Positions 63,060 through 64,000 of a stretch of DNA of 64,000 nt are shown one piece after another. Within the stretch, counting starts at the first letter, position 1. Each line of letters opens with the position of its first letter. The notes under the pieces were generated by a model, which worked only from the letters and a program-made list of their open reading frames with translations, was not told where the DNA came from and did not search any database. Source of the DNA: Mobula hypostoma (taxonomy: Eukaryota); NCBI RefSeq assembly GCF_963921235.1, contig NC_086108.1, forward strand, positions 10,168,001 to 10,232,000. Direction: 5' to 3'. The position numbers and the translations under genes were made by a program.

Positions 63060-63820
63060 AATGGGTGAAGAAGTGGCAGATGGAATACAATGTTGGGGAG
63101 TGTATGGTAGAAGATATAAAAGCAAGACTAGTTTCTAAGTGGTGAGAAAATTCAAAAGTCTGAGGTACAAAGCCCCAGGAGTCCTTGTGCAGGATTCCTT
63201 AAAAGTCAATACGCAGGTTGAGACTTTGGTGGGGAAGGCAAATGCAATGTTAGCATTCATTTCGAGAGGACTAGAATATAAAAGCAAAGATGAGGCTTTA
63301 TAAAGAACTGGTGAGGCCTCACTTGGAATATGAGATCAGTTTTGGACCACTTATCTATGATACTGGAGTGGGCTCAAAAGGGGTTGATGTAAATGATTTG
63401 TAGATTGAGAGGCTTCTGATACGAGGAGCATTTGATGGCTCTGGGCCTGTACTAAAAGGAATTCAGAAGAATGAGCGGTGACTTCATTGAAAGGCCTCAA
63501 CAGAGTGTTTGTGGAGAGGATGTATCCTGTGGTGGGGGAGTGTAAGACCAGAGGACACAGCCTCAAAATACAGTTACGTCCTTTTAGAAGAGAAATGTGA
63601 AGGAATTTCTTCAACCAGAGAGTGGTCTGAGGAATTCAAGCTGTGGAGACCAAGTCACTGGGTGTATTTAAGGTGTTCTTGATTAGTCAGGGCATGAAGG
63701 GATACGGGGAGAACGCAGGAGATTGGGGCTGAGAGGGAAATGGATCAGCCATGATGGAATGTCGGAGCAGACTCGATGGGCCAAATGGCCTAATTCTGCT
63801 CCTATATCATATGGTCTTAT
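63060..63820 (+). mobile_element. CR1 3' fragment
   Basis: Homologous to other CR1 3' ends (GGTGAGGCCTCACTTGGAATA, tail TATGGTCTTATG). Confidence 0.75.
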
Positions 63821-64000
63821 GAATTTTTGCATGATGCACGGGGTCTGTGAGAGACCAAGAGTGAAGTGACCATTGAACGGACACAGTGAGCTGGAAGTCA
63901 CCAGATTGAAAAACAGTTCCTTTCTGTAAGCAGTAAATCTGATCACCTCCACCCATTAACTCATCACTCCACACCCCCAACCACCACTACTTTATCACTT

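Overview
Eukaryotic, repeat-saturated intergenic or intronic DNA. The TE repertoire suggests a cartilaginous fish, probably a ray (inference): CR1 LINEs with esterase ORF1, Rex1/Babar, RTE, Penelope, tRNA-SINEs, Tc1 and Gypsy. No intact host gene is recognisable, and nearly all ORFs in the track are decayed TE fragments or noise. Large elements: a near full-length CR1 (24.45-28.63 kb), a Tc1 IR/DR transposon (44.65-46.49 kb), a full-length RTE LINE with nested insertions (46.58-51.81 kb) and a full-length Gypsy element (56.12-60.66 kb). Top observations: (1) a 1.85-kb TSD-flanked Gypsy-type element (37757-39611) whose pol is replaced by two host-gene coding pieces, Rabaptin-5/RABEP1-like then CIN85/SH3KBP1-like, fused in frame to the protease and joined to a ~21-bp LTR end; (2) the large Gypsy has no tRNA PBS but a perfect 16-bp complement to its own LTR (self-priming candidate) and a YLDN RT motif; (3) Penelope elements with minimal hammerhead ribozymes inserted as fold-back structures with 14-bp TSDs, one having its empty paralogous site inside the window. 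Protein identifications come from recalled sequences, not database searches, and boundaries without TSD support are approximate.
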